Shown here: one piece after another, positions 18,921 to 28,293 of the stretch
Position numbering within the stretch: position 1 is the stretch's first letter
Layout of the letters: every line of letters begins with the position of its first letter
Position numbers and translations under genes: made by a program
Assembly: GCA_963779755.1 (NCBI GenBank)
Contig: CAVZZO010000003.1
Span: forward strand, 1-64,000
Source of the DNA: an uncultured Gemmatimonadales bacterium
Lineage (GTDB): Bacteria > Gemmatimonadota > Gemmatimonadetes > Gemmatimonadales > GWC2-71-9
Direction: 5' to 3'
DNA length: 64,000 nucleotides
Notes under the pieces: generated by a model
Seen by the model: only the letters and a program-made list of their open reading frames with translations
Database searches by the model: none
What the model was told of the DNA's origin: nothing

Positions 18921-21071
18921 ATGCGCCCGCGTCTCGCCGGCCTGCTCGCCACCCTGCTGCTTCTGCCGGCCGCCGCCGGGGCTCAACTGCCCGTGACGGC
19001 GACCGACACGATCCACACCGGCCGGTTTGACGGCGGGAAGATGTGGACCTTCGAATACGCGCCGGAGGAATATTTCACCGACACCTACGGCTTTCAGGCC
19101 GACTCGGCATGGTTTCGGCGCGCGCGGCTGTCCGCCCTGCGAATCCCCGGCTGCTCGGCGTCATTCGTCAGCGCCAACGGGCTCATGGTGACCAATCACC
19201 ACTGCGTTCGGGGGGTAGAAACACGGGTGCAGAAGAACGGGGAGCACCTGCTGGATACCGGCTTCTATGCACCGTCGCTGGCGGGCGAGCGGCAGATCCC
19301 CAACTACTGGGCCGACCAGTTGCTGGCGGCCCGGGATATTACGGATGAGGTGAATCGCGCCGTGTCGGCCGCGCCGGCCGGGCGCCGTGATGCCGCGCGG
19401 AAGGAGGCCATGCAGGCCATCGCCGACAGCCTGGTGCGGCGCTATCACACCGGGCCCGATTCGGTCTATGTCCAGCTGGTGGATCTGTACAACGGCGGGC
19501 GCCAGTCCGCCTACGTCTTCCGCCGCTTCACCGATGTCCGAATGGTGTTCGCGGTGGAGTTGCAGGCCGGCTTCTTCGGCGGCGATCCCGACAACTTTAC
19601 CTATCCCCGCTACGCGCTGGATTTCGCCTTTCTCCGGGTCTATGGTGCGGACGGGAAGCCCTTTCACCCCGGCCAGCACTTCGGCTGGAGCCGGAAAGGC
19701 GTGGAAAGCGGCGACGTGGTCTTCGTGATCGGCAACCCCGGGCCCACCAACCGGCTCACCACCACGAGCCAGCTGGTCTATCAGCGGGACATCTACCTGC
19801 CGGCGGTCCTGTCCTATTATCACAGCCGCCTGGGCGCCATGCAGGCGTTCCGGGAGGCGATGCCGGCGGCGGCCGAGGCTTACGACATCCGGAACCGGAT
19901 GTTCGGCCTCTCCAATTCCCTGAAGGCCACCGAGGGGCGGCTTGCCGCGCTGCAGGACCCGGCCATCATGGCCCGCCGCGAAGCGGGGGAGCGGGAGCTT
20001 CGGCAGCGCCTGGGTGCCGATTCCGGCCTGGCACAGCAGTATGACGGCCTGTTCGACCAGTTGGCCGCACTGCAGGCCCGCCGCGCCGCGCAGGTACACC
20101 CGATGAATGCCTTTCTGGGGTTGGGCACTGCCTCGACCCTGGCCCGGGCCACCGCGGCGCGCGGCTGGCTGGAGGCCCGCGCCGGCGGCGTCTCGGGCGA
20201 TTCGCTGCAGAGCTATGCCCAGCGGGTGCTGCGGGTGAGCCAGGTGCCGGCCGATCTCGAGCGACGGCTGCTGGCCGCCCGGTTGGCCGATATTGCCCGG
20301 GCCTACGGGCCGGACGACTCGCTGACGCGCGCCGCGCTTCCCGACGGCAGTCCCGAGGCGTCGGCCGCGGCGCTCATGGCGCATTCTGTCCTGGACGATT
20401 CGACCGAGACCGCGGCGGCCCTGCGGGACGGCAGCCTCAGCGCGGACGATCCCGCGCTGCGGCTGGCGGCGCTGATTGCCCCGCCCTACGAGGCGTACCG
20501 GGCCGCCTTGCACCCTCTGGGCCAGGCGGAAGACAGCCTGGCCGCCGAACTGGGGCGGGCGAAGTTCGCGGTATATGGCAAGAGCGTGCCGCCGGACGGC
20601 TCCTTCAGCCCCCGGATCGCCGACGGGGTGGTGAAGGGCTATCCCTACAACGGTACCTTGGCGCCGCCCTATACCACTTTCTACGGGATGTACGACCGCC
20701 ACCTGTCGCAAAAGGGCAATCCCGAATGGGCGCTGCCGCCCCGATGGGAGACGCCGCCGGCCGGGTTCCCGCTCGGCACACCGCTCAACTTCGCGTCGAC
20801 CGCCGACACCTATGGCGGCAATTCGGGCTCGCCGGCGGTGACACCGGCCCTCGAGCTGGTGGGGCTCAACTTCGATCGCAATATCGAGGGCCTCTCCCGC
20901 GACTACATCTATCTGCCGGAGCGGGGCCGGAATGTCATGGTGGACGTGCGGGCGATCTGGTCTTCACTCGACCGCGTCTATCACGCCGACCGGATTCTCT
21001 ACGAACTGGAGACGGGCAAGGTGGCCGCAAGCCAGCGGGAGGCTGCGAAGTCCCGGCAGGGAAAGGACTAA
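18921..21071 (+). CDS. S46 family dipeptidyl peptidase
   Basis: Signal peptide; GKMW, CSASFVS..GL..TNHHC, GGDPDNF.YPR, GGNSGSP, GLNFD. Confidence 0.92.
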   Translation: MRPRLAGLLATLLLLPAAAGAQLPVTATDTIHTGRFDGGKMWTFEYAPEEYFTDTYGFQADSAWFRRARLSALRIPGCSASFVSANGLMVTNHHCVRGVETRVQKNGEHLLDTGFYAPSLAGERQIPNYWADQLLAARDITDEVNRAVSAAPAGRRDAARKEAMQAIADSLVRRYHTGPDSVYVQLVDLYNGGRQSAYVFRRFTDVRMVFAVELQAGFFGGDPDNFTYPRYALDFAFLRVYGADGKPFHPGQHFGWSRKGVESGDVVFVIGNPGPTNRLTTTSQLVYQRDIYLPAVLSYYHSRLGAMQAFREAMPAAAEAYDIRNRMFGLSNSLKATEGRLAALQDPAIMARREAGERELRQRLGADSGLAQQYDGLFDQLAALQARRAAQVHPMNAFLGLGTASTLARATAARGWLEARAGGVSGDSLQSYAQRVLRVSQVPADLERRLLAARLADIARAYGPDDSLTRAALPDGSPEASAAALMAHSVLDDSTETAAALRDGSLSADDPALRLAALIAPPYEAYRAALHPLGQAEDSLAAELGRAKFAVYGKSVPPDGSFSPRIADGVVKGYPYNGTLAPPYTTFYGMYDRHLSQKGNPEWALPPRWETPPAGFPLGTPLNFASTADTYGGNSGSPAVTPALELVGLNFDRNIEGLSRDYIYLPERGRNVMVDVRAIWSSLDRVYHADRILYELETGKVAASQREAAKSRQGKD

Positions 21072-21157
21072 GCTGCCACCGGAGCCAGCGGCCGTCGCGG
21101 CCTCCGCTCCCCGGCTTCCTGCTTGCGCCTCCTCCTGGGGGGGTGCAATGATAGAGG

Positions 21158-24100
21158 ATGCCCTACCCCCAGGGCAGGTCCGCCCAGGAAGACCTCATGC
21201 AGGCATTTCGGGCCGGTGTTGCCTCCCGCTACCGGATTGAGCGGGAGGTGGGCCGGGGTGGAATGGCTACGGTCTATCTGGCCCAGGATCTCAAGCACCA
21301 CCGGGCGGTAGCCCTCAAGGTCTTCCGCTCGGATCTCGCCGACGTGCTGGGGCCGGGGCGGTTCCAGCAGGAAATCGAGGTCGCCGCCCGGCTGAATCAC
21401 CCGAACATCCTGCCGCTGTATGATTCCGACGAAGCCGCCGGCAGTCTCTTCTATGTCATGCCCTTCGTGGAGGGGGGCACGCTGCGTGACCGGATGGCCG
21501 CGGATCCGCCGCCCACGGTGGCCGAGGCCATCGGCATCGTGCGCCAGATCGCCGCGGGGCTGGCGCATGCGCACGCGCAGGGGCTGGTCCACCGCGACAT
21601 CAAGCCCGGGAATATCCTCCTCTCCAGCGGGCATGCCTTCCTGGCCGACTTCGGTATCGCCTGGGTGGTGCGGGAAGCCGTGGACACCCAGCGACTCACC
21701 GTCACGGGGCTGGTCCTGGGCACGCCGGCCTACATGCCTCCCGAACAGCTGGCCACCCGCGGCCGGGTGGACCAGCGGGCCGACCAGTACGCGCTGGCAT
21801 GTGTCCTCTACGAAATGCTGCTGGGGCAGCCGCCCGAGCGGGACTTTCGCAGCGTCAGTGCAGCCAGGCGGTCCATTCTGGCGGCAAGACGCGACCTTCC
21901 TCCCGAGGTCGCGGGAGCCCTGGCCCGGGCGCTCGCTGCTGATCCGGAGCGTCGCTTTCCCGACATCGCCCAGTTCGCCGCGGCTATCGACGTGGCGGTG
22001 GATGGGGGCCCGAGGGCGAGCGGTTCCCTCATTGTGGGGGGCCGGAGAATCCCCCGCCGGGTGGTGTATGGCCTGCTGGTGCTGCTGCCCGTGGCGGTCA
22101 CCACCTACGTCCTGATCAGAGGGCCTGAATCGTCCCAGCCGCGTTCAGTGTCAGCGGATACCACTCGGTATGCCATCCTGCCGGCGGAGACCGAGGGCGA
22201 GGCGGCAGCGAGGCTGAATGCCCAGGACCAGCTGCACGACGCCTTCGCCTGGTGGAGTGGAATCAGCCTGGAGGATGGCTTTCGGGTCCGGGATGCCGTG
22301 GCACAGCGGGCGCACTCGGGACCACTGAGCCCGAGGACTGCCAGGGCTGTTGCCCTCGGGCTGGGTGCCGGGCGGTACGTTCGAATCAGAGTGACGCCCG
22401 TCGGGGACTCGCTCCGGGTGGGAGCTTCGCTGTATGGCCTTTCGTCCGACACTGCGCTGGCCGAAGACTTCGTCATGGTACCTGCCTCCCCGGCGGGAGC
22501 CGATTCGGACTTTGCCCGGCTGGCCGATCTGCTGCTGCTCCGCGGCCCCCCGGTTGAACCTGAACCTCGCATGACCGGGACGCGCTCGCTGCCTGCAAAG
22601 CAGGCTTTCTACCGTGGACGGGAGGCCATCCAATCCTGGAATCTCGGCAGGGCCGACACGGCGTTTACCCTGGCGACGTCGTTTGACCCGGAGTACGCCG
22701 AGGCCGACCTGTGGCTCGCGCTGGTGCGCGCGTGGAGCGACCAGATGCCGGCACGCTGGCAGTACCTGGTCGAACAGGCGCTGGCGGGAAGAGCCTCCCT
22801 CTCCGGTCGCGACCAGGAGATGGCGGAGGCGATTGCGGCGCAGGGCCGGGGAGAATTTGCCGTGGCTTGTGCTCGATGGTCGCAGATAACGCAGTTGGAC
22901 CCCAAGGATTTCGTGGGATGGTACGGGAGGGCCTTCTGCCTGAAGTCAGACCGCACCGTAGTTCCCGACCCCTCCAGCCCTTCGGGGTTCAGGTTCCGGG
23001 CCAGCTACCAGGCAGCGTTGAACGCCTACGGCAGGGCCTTCGAGCTGTCGACGCCGATTCTCGCCTCTTTCCGGGGAGGGAATTACCAGACCCTGAGAGA
23101 CTTGTTCTACCTGGGGGGGACACTTCGCGGGGGCTCTCGGCCAGGGGGGGACTCCTACACCTACGTGGCCTATCCCACCTGGAGCGGCGACACCTTGGGG
23201 TTTGTTCCCTACCCCAGGAGCGGCAACCAGGCTGCCCATTTACCCGAGGGAGACGTAGCCAGTGCGGTCCGCCACCAGAGCGAGTTGTTTCACCGGGTTG
23301 CCCAAACCTGGGCCGCCGCCTCGCCCCTCAGCTTCCAGGCGCAGGAGGCGCTCGCGCTTTCGCTGGAACTCTTGGGTGACCGGGCTGCGCTCGATACCAT
23401 CCGTGGTGCCAGGCGGATGGCCCGGGGTACGCCCGCCGAGCTCGGGCTCGCGGCCACGGAGGCCAGGCTCCTCCTGAAATACGGCATGCCTGAGGACACC
23501 GCAGCACTGCGCCAGGGCGTGGCCCTGGCGGAGTCGCTTCTGGCCGTATCCTCTGACCAGGACGTGGTGGACGCCGACGCCCTCGTGACCCTCGCGGCAC
23601 TGCTGGGTCGCGCGGATCGCGCGGCTGGCTTGTTCTCGCAACTGGCGGCCCGGAAGGACTGGGATATTCAGCGTCCCTTGCGACAGACCGCCCCCCTGCT
23701 CCTGGCGTACGCCGGTTTTGGGGGGCCGCCTGACACGCTGCGGCGTCTGGAGGCCCTGACCGAACAGGCCATCAGCCAGGCCGCGCCGCCGTCGGAGCAA
23801 ACCGGGCTGGAAACCGAATGGATCCTTCGTCCCGGGCTGGTGGCGTTCCCCAGTGTTCGATTCTCCTCATTACCCTCGTTCCGCACCCTGGCTTCCGGCA
23901 GCAGCTTCGCGACCTCCTATCTGCTGCTGGCGGAGCTGGCCTTTGCGGCGGGCGACTCGGGCAAGGTGCGCGAGTTCCTCGAGAACATCCGCCAGCAGAG
24001 ACAACAGAAGCCCGCCTCGCATCTCACCTTCGACATCCTGTACCCGGGAGCGTGGTTGCTCGGGTCGATCGGCGATACCACCGCCGCCCTCAACTGGCTG

Positions 24101-24331
24101 GATGCCCCGCTGAACACGTTGGCATTCGCCTCGCCACCCAGCCGTCCCGATCCGCTGTACGTGAGCTCCCTGGTCCAGGCCATGGCGCTCCGGGCGGAGT
24201 TGGCGGCGGGGCGGCATCAGCCGGCCGATGCCCGTCTGTGGGCAACGGCCGTGGCGATTCTGTGGGACACGGCTGATCCCTTTCTCCAGCCGCTCGTCCG
24301 ACGTATGAGACGTCTGGCCGAGGGCCGGTGA
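21158..24331 (+). CDS. Hanks-type Ser/Thr kinase with TM segment and large helical (TPR-like) C-terminal region
   Basis: GRGGMATVY, VALK, HRDIKPGN, DFG, GTPAYMPPEQ; hydrophobic VVYGLLVLLPVAVTTYVLI. Confidence 0.9.
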   Translation: MPYPQGRSAQEDLMQAFRAGVASRYRIEREVGRGGMATVYLAQDLKHHRAVALKVFRSDLADVLGPGRFQQEIEVAARLNHPNILPLYDSDEAAGSLFYVMPFVEGGTLRDRMAADPPPTVAEAIGIVRQIAAGLAHAHAQGLVHRDIKPGNILLSSGHAFLADFGIAWVVREAVDTQRLTVTGLVLGTPAYMPPEQLATRGRVDQRADQYALACVLYEMLLGQPPERDFRSVSAARRSILAARRDLPPEVAGALARALAADPERRFPDIAQFAAAIDVAVDGGPRASGSLIVGGRRIPRRVVYGLLVLLPVAVTTYVLIRGPESSQPRSVSADTTRYAILPAETEGEAAARLNAQDQLHDAFAWWSGISLEDGFRVRDAVAQRAHSGPLSPRTARAVALGLGAGRYVRIRVTPVGDSLRVGASLYGLSSDTALAEDFVMVPASPAGADSDFARLADLLLLRGPPVEPEPRMTGTRSLPAKQAFYRGREAIQSWNLGRADTAFTLATSFDPEYAEADLWLALVRAWSDQMPARWQYLVEQALAGRASLSGRDQEMAEAIAAQGRGEFAVACARWSQITQLDPKDFVGWYGRAFCLKSDRTVVPDPSSPSGFRFRASYQAALNAYGRAFELSTPILASFRGGNYQTLRDLFYLGGTLRGGSRPGGDSYTYVAYPTWSGDTLGFVPYPRSGNQAAHLPEGDVASAVRHQSELFHRVAQTWAAASPLSFQAQEALALSLELLGDRAALDTIRGARRMARGTPAELGLAATEARLLLKYGMPEDTAALRQGVALAESLLAVSSDQDVVDADALVTLAALLGRADRAAGLFSQLAARKDWDIQRPLRQTAPLLLAYAGFGGPPDTLRRLEALTEQAISQAAPPSEQTGLETEWILRPGLVAFPSVRFSSLPSFRTLASGSSFATSYLLLAELAFAAGDSGKVREFLENIRQQRQQKPASHLTFDILYPGAWLLGSIGDTTAALNWLDAPLNTLAFASPPSRPDPLYVSSLVQAMALRAELAAGRHQPADARLWATAVAILWDTADPFLQPLVRRMRRLAEGR

Positions 24332-24363
24332 ATTTCCAAGGCCATCCCGGTACAGGAGGAATA

Positions 24364-25701
24364 ATGAATCGAATCAGCGGGAGCGCTCGGATCGTCGGGA
24401 TTGTGATTGTGTTGGTGCTGCTGGTTGTGGCCGGTGTTCTGGTCTGGCGGTGCCGGTGCCGTCCTCCAGCTATCGCCGTCGCCCAACCAGAATGCCCCGA
24501 TCATGACGTGGCCATCCGTGATCCGGAAAATCGGGCGGTCGACAGCATCGTGCCGGTGGCCGGCGCTATTACGCCGATTGCGGAGTTTCACGACTGCCAG
24601 CGCATGATCTCGCCGGCCAATGGAAGCAAGTACGGGCCCCTCATCGGGATATGGGCCAGCGATATTCTGGATACTTTGCCCGTCCTCCTGGCCGAAAAGA
24701 ACGCCCAGGCAAACGGGCCCGGAATCGGGTTGGCGTTCGCGGAGATCTACGCGTGGGACGGATCCTACGACCCCCTGGGAATCGCGCGGGGCTGGAACTG
24801 CCTCTACCTCTTCCCTGACGATGGACCGAGCGGTTACAAGGCGTTCATGGTTCCAGTGAAAACGAAAGAGGCGTGCCTGGAGGATGCCAGGGCCGACACG
24901 CTAACGGGGCCGCCAGTGAAGCCCTTGAATGTCGTCGCCCAGACCTTCCGCAATGCCCGGCCTGGCGACGTCCCCATGGTGGCGCGCTGGGACTGGGACT
25001 CGGTCAATCGTGTGCAGTACATCGGCATCGGGTGCGGAAACGGGTGGTGCGAAGTGACCGGTCAGGCGGCCCCCCAGTCGTCGCCCTCTTGGGATACGGG
25101 TGATCAGGATCGGTGGTCCTGGCGGGTCAAGGGCTGGTTTGATCGGCAACTCTTGGCTGAGGGAGCGGGCCTCGGGATTCATCCTTCGCCGGTATGGGGC
25201 ACCGTGGTCCCGGATGCCGATCTCGCAGGAAAGACGCGGATCTCCAGTGGGGTCCTGCCCAGTTCGGGGACGGACCCGTGGGTTCATGTGGGACGAGCCT
25301 CAATGAGTATGGGGCCGACCTCCAACGCGACGGCGTTGAAATACTCGCAGAAATTCAATCTTGTGAACGCGGTGTTCCCCCACGGCGCGCCGCCGCAGGG
25401 CTGGGCCGACATCTATTTGTGCGCCGGGGGCGAGTCCCAGTGTTTCCCCGCCGCCTCGGCGAGCATAGCCTTATCAATTCCTTCCTGCGCAACGTCGAAA
25501 TCCGGAATCATCTGGTACGCCATGATACGGTCCCCCAACATGCCTCCGAAGTACACTTGCGTCACCCAGGTCCGGCACAGCGGCTTGAAGGACCGTTTGG
25601 GTCGGCCCATCACCATCCCCGGGACTGCCCGCTGGCGCTGGGTCAACGACGACGAAAAGCTGTGGGTCGCGTGCGACAATGGATGCTGCCAGGTGCAATA
25701 G
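24364..25701 (+). CDS. Hypothetical membrane-anchored Cys/Trp-rich protein
   Basis: AGGAGGA RBS before ATG 24364; N-terminal TM; many Cys, ends ACDNGCCQVQ. Confidence 0.7.
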   Translation: MNRISGSARIVGIVIVLVLLVVAGVLVWRCRCRPPAIAVAQPECPDHDVAIRDPENRAVDSIVPVAGAITPIAEFHDCQRMISPANGSKYGPLIGIWASDILDTLPVLLAEKNAQANGPGIGLAFAEIYAWDGSYDPLGIARGWNCLYLFPDDGPSGYKAFMVPVKTKEACLEDARADTLTGPPVKPLNVVAQTFRNARPGDVPMVARWDWDSVNRVQYIGIGCGNGWCEVTGQAAPQSSPSWDTGDQDRWSWRVKGWFDRQLLAEGAGLGIHPSPVWGTVVPDADLAGKTRISSGVLPSSGTDPWVHVGRASMSMGPTSNATALKYSQKFNLVNAVFPHGAPPQGWADIYLCAGGESQCFPAASASIALSIPSCATSKSGIIWYAMIRSPNMPPKYTCVTQVRHSGLKDRLGRPITIPGTARWRWVNDDEKLWVACDNGCCQVQ

Positions 25702-25828
25702 GATGCAGGAGAACGGCGAGTAGCCCTGAGCGACTGCCGGGTTCGCCGCTGGCTCGAATGGTGGAAGTCTGCTAGGTTTGCTGGCCCATGTCCGGCGTTG
25801 GTTTTTCCAGCCGCCGGACCCGGGCCCG

Positions 25829-25902
25829 CGGGGCGTAGCGCAGTCCGGTAGCGCGTCTGCTTTGGGAGCAGAAGGTCCCGGGTTCAAATCCCGGCGCCCC
25901 GA
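25829..25902 (+). tRNA. tRNA-Pro (TGG)
   Basis: CGGGGCG/CGCCCCG acceptor stem; anticodon loop TTTGGGA; GGTTCAAATCC. Confidence 0.95.
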
Positions 25903-25910
25903 TAATGCGA

Positions 25911-25989
25911 GCGAAGGCGAAAAGGACTGGGAGAAAAGACGAGGAATCGTGGTTCCTCCACTTTTCTCCCAGTCCCTTTCGCTTTGGCC
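25911..25989. terminator. Long imperfect palindrome between convergent transcripts
   Basis: GCGAAAAGGACTGGGAGAAAAG...CTTTTCTCCCAGTCCCTTTCGC. Confidence 0.6.
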
Positions 25990-25992
25990 TTT

Positions 25993-26718
25993 TCAGTGCC
26001 CGATCCACTCCGCCTTGGTAAACGGCTCCGCCAGGAACAGCGAATCCGGCAGCGACGCTCGCGCCCGGATATCGCTGTATTCTTCGGTCGTCACCAGCTT
26101 GCCGTCCCGGTAGAACTTCACTTCCGGGGCCATCCATCCGCCGTCCAGCTTCTGGTATTTGTTGAACTGGCTCTCGGCCGTGCCGCCCGACCGGGTCTGC
26201 TGCATCATGCGGACGAAGAGCAGGCGGTCCCGATCGATCCAGAACTGATTGCTGGTGGAGTCGCCGGCATCGGCCCCCACCACGTACACGGCACGCCCCT
26301 GCCAGGTGTCCTCCCGCAGTTTGGCCAGGTCGAATTGGAGCGCTTCCAGGCGGGCCGCCGTCGTGTCCACGGGCTCGCCATAGACATCGAACCCCAGGAC
26401 CATCAGCGGGTGAATCAGCGGAGCGCGCTGCGCCACCGTATCGGCGGCTATCACGTAGATGGAGTCGTTGCGGAAGAGGATGGCCTTCCCGCTGTCCAAC
26501 GGCGCGATATCAATCCGCAACCGGCCCGGTACCGTCAGAGCCTCGTACCAGGTTTCTACCTCGCCGCCTTCGTGGATGGTCTTCTGAACGAAAGTGGCCG
26601 CGCGGTACCAGTGACCGGCGTAGCGGTCGTGCATGGCCTGGAGCAGAGCCCGGCCATCACGCGGTGGGGTGGGGGACACCAGCAGAAGCACGGCGATCAC
26701 AGCGGCGAGCAGCGACAC
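25993..26718 (-). CDS. Hypothetical exported protein (LolA-like fold possible)
   Basis: GGAGG RBS, GTG start, signal peptide; LRIDI, QFWIDRD.LL and C-terminal LPDSLF pattern. Confidence 0.7.
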   Translation of the reverse strand: MSLLAAVIAVLLLVSPTPPRDGRALLQAMHDRYAGHWYRAATFVQKTIHEGGEVETWYEALTVPGRLRIDIAPLDSGKAILFRNDSIYVIAADTVAQRAPLIHPLMVLGFDVYGEPVDTTAARLEALQFDLAKLREDTWQGRAVYVVGADAGDSTSNQFWIDRDRLLFVRMMQQTRSGGTAESQFNKYQKLDGGWMAPEVKFYRDGKLVTTEEYSDIRARASLPDSLFLAEPFTKAEWIGH

Positions 26719-26917
26719 GGAAACCTCCGACGGTGGGGGCTGGGATTCTCCGGACGTACGGAGAGGCCGATAAGGTGGTTTCCGGCCCTGGCGGGGGAAG
26801 CAGCGTTATGACCTGAGGCTCCATGGGTCGGTCGGCCTTCACGTTACGCCTGAGACTATACTGGCTAAGAACTTATATGTCAGCTATTTGCACTATTTCC
26901 ACAAAACAGGTCTCCGC

Positions 26918-27394
26918 TCAGAAGACGATCACATTGAGGATCACCGGAGCCATGTAGGCTCCGGGGGCCTGGCCGGTGGAGGGGGAAGCGGTGCCGCCCA
27001 GGTATAGGGTCATGACGCCGGCGCGCGGGAACCGGAAGGTACGACTCCGCCGGGGATCGAAGGCCTGGGCGCCCCGGCCCAGGCCGGTCGCCAGGGCGTC
27101 GCGATTGGTGAAACTGATGGGGAGGGAAGCGCCCGGCGGTCCGGTGAGTCCGGCGGGAAGGGCGAAGCTCACACTGATCCGGGAGCCACGGGGTGCGTCC
27201 ACCGTGAACTCGCCGCTTCGCGTGGGATCGCCGGGCGAGACCGTCGTAGGCACGCCGGCGATCACCAGGCCGAAAGCCAGGTCCCGAACGCCCACCACCT
27301 GCACCTGGGCCCGCAGCATTGCAGGAAGCGCCGCCGCCAGCATCATGGCAACGGGGAAGGCGCGGACCGCGGACGACCGGACAGAAGGGGGCAC
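26918..27394 (-). CDS. Secreted Ig/pilin-like protein (DUF4402-like)
   Basis: Signal peptide ending RAQ; DLAFG, SGEF, YLGGTA.P...QAPGAY, terminal beta-strand. Confidence 0.6.
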   Translation of the reverse strand: MPPSVRSSAVRAFPVAMMLAAALPAMLRAQVQVVGVRDLAFGLVIAGVPTTVSPGDPTRSGEFTVDAPRGSRISVSFALPAGLTGPPGASLPISFTNRDALATGLGRGAQAFDPRRSRTFRFPRAGVMTLYLGGTASPSTGQAPGAYMAPVILNVIVF

Positions 27395-27498
27395 CCCGGA
27401 ACATCTCTTCCTTCCGCCCGTGAGTCAAAGCCCCCGGAAAGGCGGTAAAGCGGAGTTCCGCAGCCACGGCCGGTAGGGAGCACGCCGCGGGCGCACCC

Positions 27499-27539
27499 TT
27501 GACAGGAAAGTGCATATGTGCAGGATGTAATCCTGTATT
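27499..27539 (+). promoter_or_regulatory. Putative promoter/operator of the heme-copper operon
   Basis: TTGACA at 27499-27504; inverted repeat CAGGAT-GTA-ATCCTG (27521-27535) in an AT-rich patch. Confidence 0.5.
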
Positions 27540-27587
27540 TGCCGCACCGCGGCAACCGAGGCCCAGTCTTCCAGCCCGGAGGTCCCG

Positions 27588-27740
27588 ATGCACGACCGGG
27601 AAACGCCCCAGGAGGAAATCCCCTGGCCCCAGAGACTGTTTGACAACATCTGGCTGTTGGCATTAGCCGCGATCCTGTTCTTCTTCCTGTCCTACATCGC
27701 ATGGGGTCTCCTGGACCTCCTTTCTATCCGGGGAGGCTGA
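27588..27740 (+). CDS. Small single-TM subunit of the heme-copper enzyme (50 aa, missed by ORF track)
   Basis: Hand translation MHDRETPQEEIPWPQRLFDNIWLLALAAILFFFLSYIAWGLLDLLSIRGG*; GGAGG RBS; stop 1 nt before subunit II ATG. Confidence 0.8.
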   Translation: MHDRETPQEEIPWPQRLFDNIWLLALAAILFFFLSYIAWGLLDLLSIRGG

Positions 27741-27741
27741 G

Positions 27742-28278
27742 ATGAATTCTCCGCTGGAGTCCCCGCAGGGTGCGTGGTGGAAACACCCGGTCAGCGGGCA
27801 GGAGCGCGTATGGCTGGGTCTCAGTCTCCTGACCGCGCTGATCCTTTTCGGCTGGATGGTCGGCTGGACGCAGGTCGGCCATGAGAATCCCATCGGTGAG
27901 ACCTTGCGGGTGAGTCCGGACGCCTATCGGGCGAAGGTGACGGCCTATCAGAAGGCGGCCGGCCACACCGACGCCGGGCTGGTCCCGCAGGGGGAGGACG
28001 TGTATGTCGCCGGGCAGCAGTGGGCCTGGGGCGGCCTTCCCGTCGTGCTGCAGGCCGGCAAGCAGTACCGGCTGCATCTGAGCAGTTACGATGTGCAGCA
28101 CGGTTTCGGGCTGCATCGCGAATCGCGCCTGATCGAGGAGTTCAACCTCCAGGTCCTCCCCGGCTACGAATGGATTGTTCCGATCCGCTTCGAGCACCCG
28201 GGAATCTATGACGTCCAGTGCAACGAGTTCTGCGGCCTTGGCCATCGTGTCATGCACGGCCGGATCATCGTGAAGTAG
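27742..28278 (+). CDS. Heme-copper oxidoreductase subunit II (CuA cupredoxin)
   Basis: One TM helix; DVQHGF and CNEFCGLGHRVM CuA ligand set. Confidence 0.93.
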   Translation: MNSPLESPQGAWWKHPVSGQERVWLGLSLLTALILFGWMVGWTQVGHENPIGETLRVSPDAYRAKVTAYQKAAGHTDAGLVPQGEDVYVAGQQWAWGGLPVVLQAGKQYRLHLSSYDVQHGFGLHRESRLIEEFNLQVLPGYEWIVPIRFEHPGIYDVQCNEFCGLGHRVMHGRIIVK

Positions 28279-28293
28279 GGGGGAATCGAAACC

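Noticed and set aside
25829..25902. tRNA-Pro as the integration site for the 21-31 kb accessory region
   Set aside because: No duplicated tRNA-Pro fragment or nearby integrase found by eye
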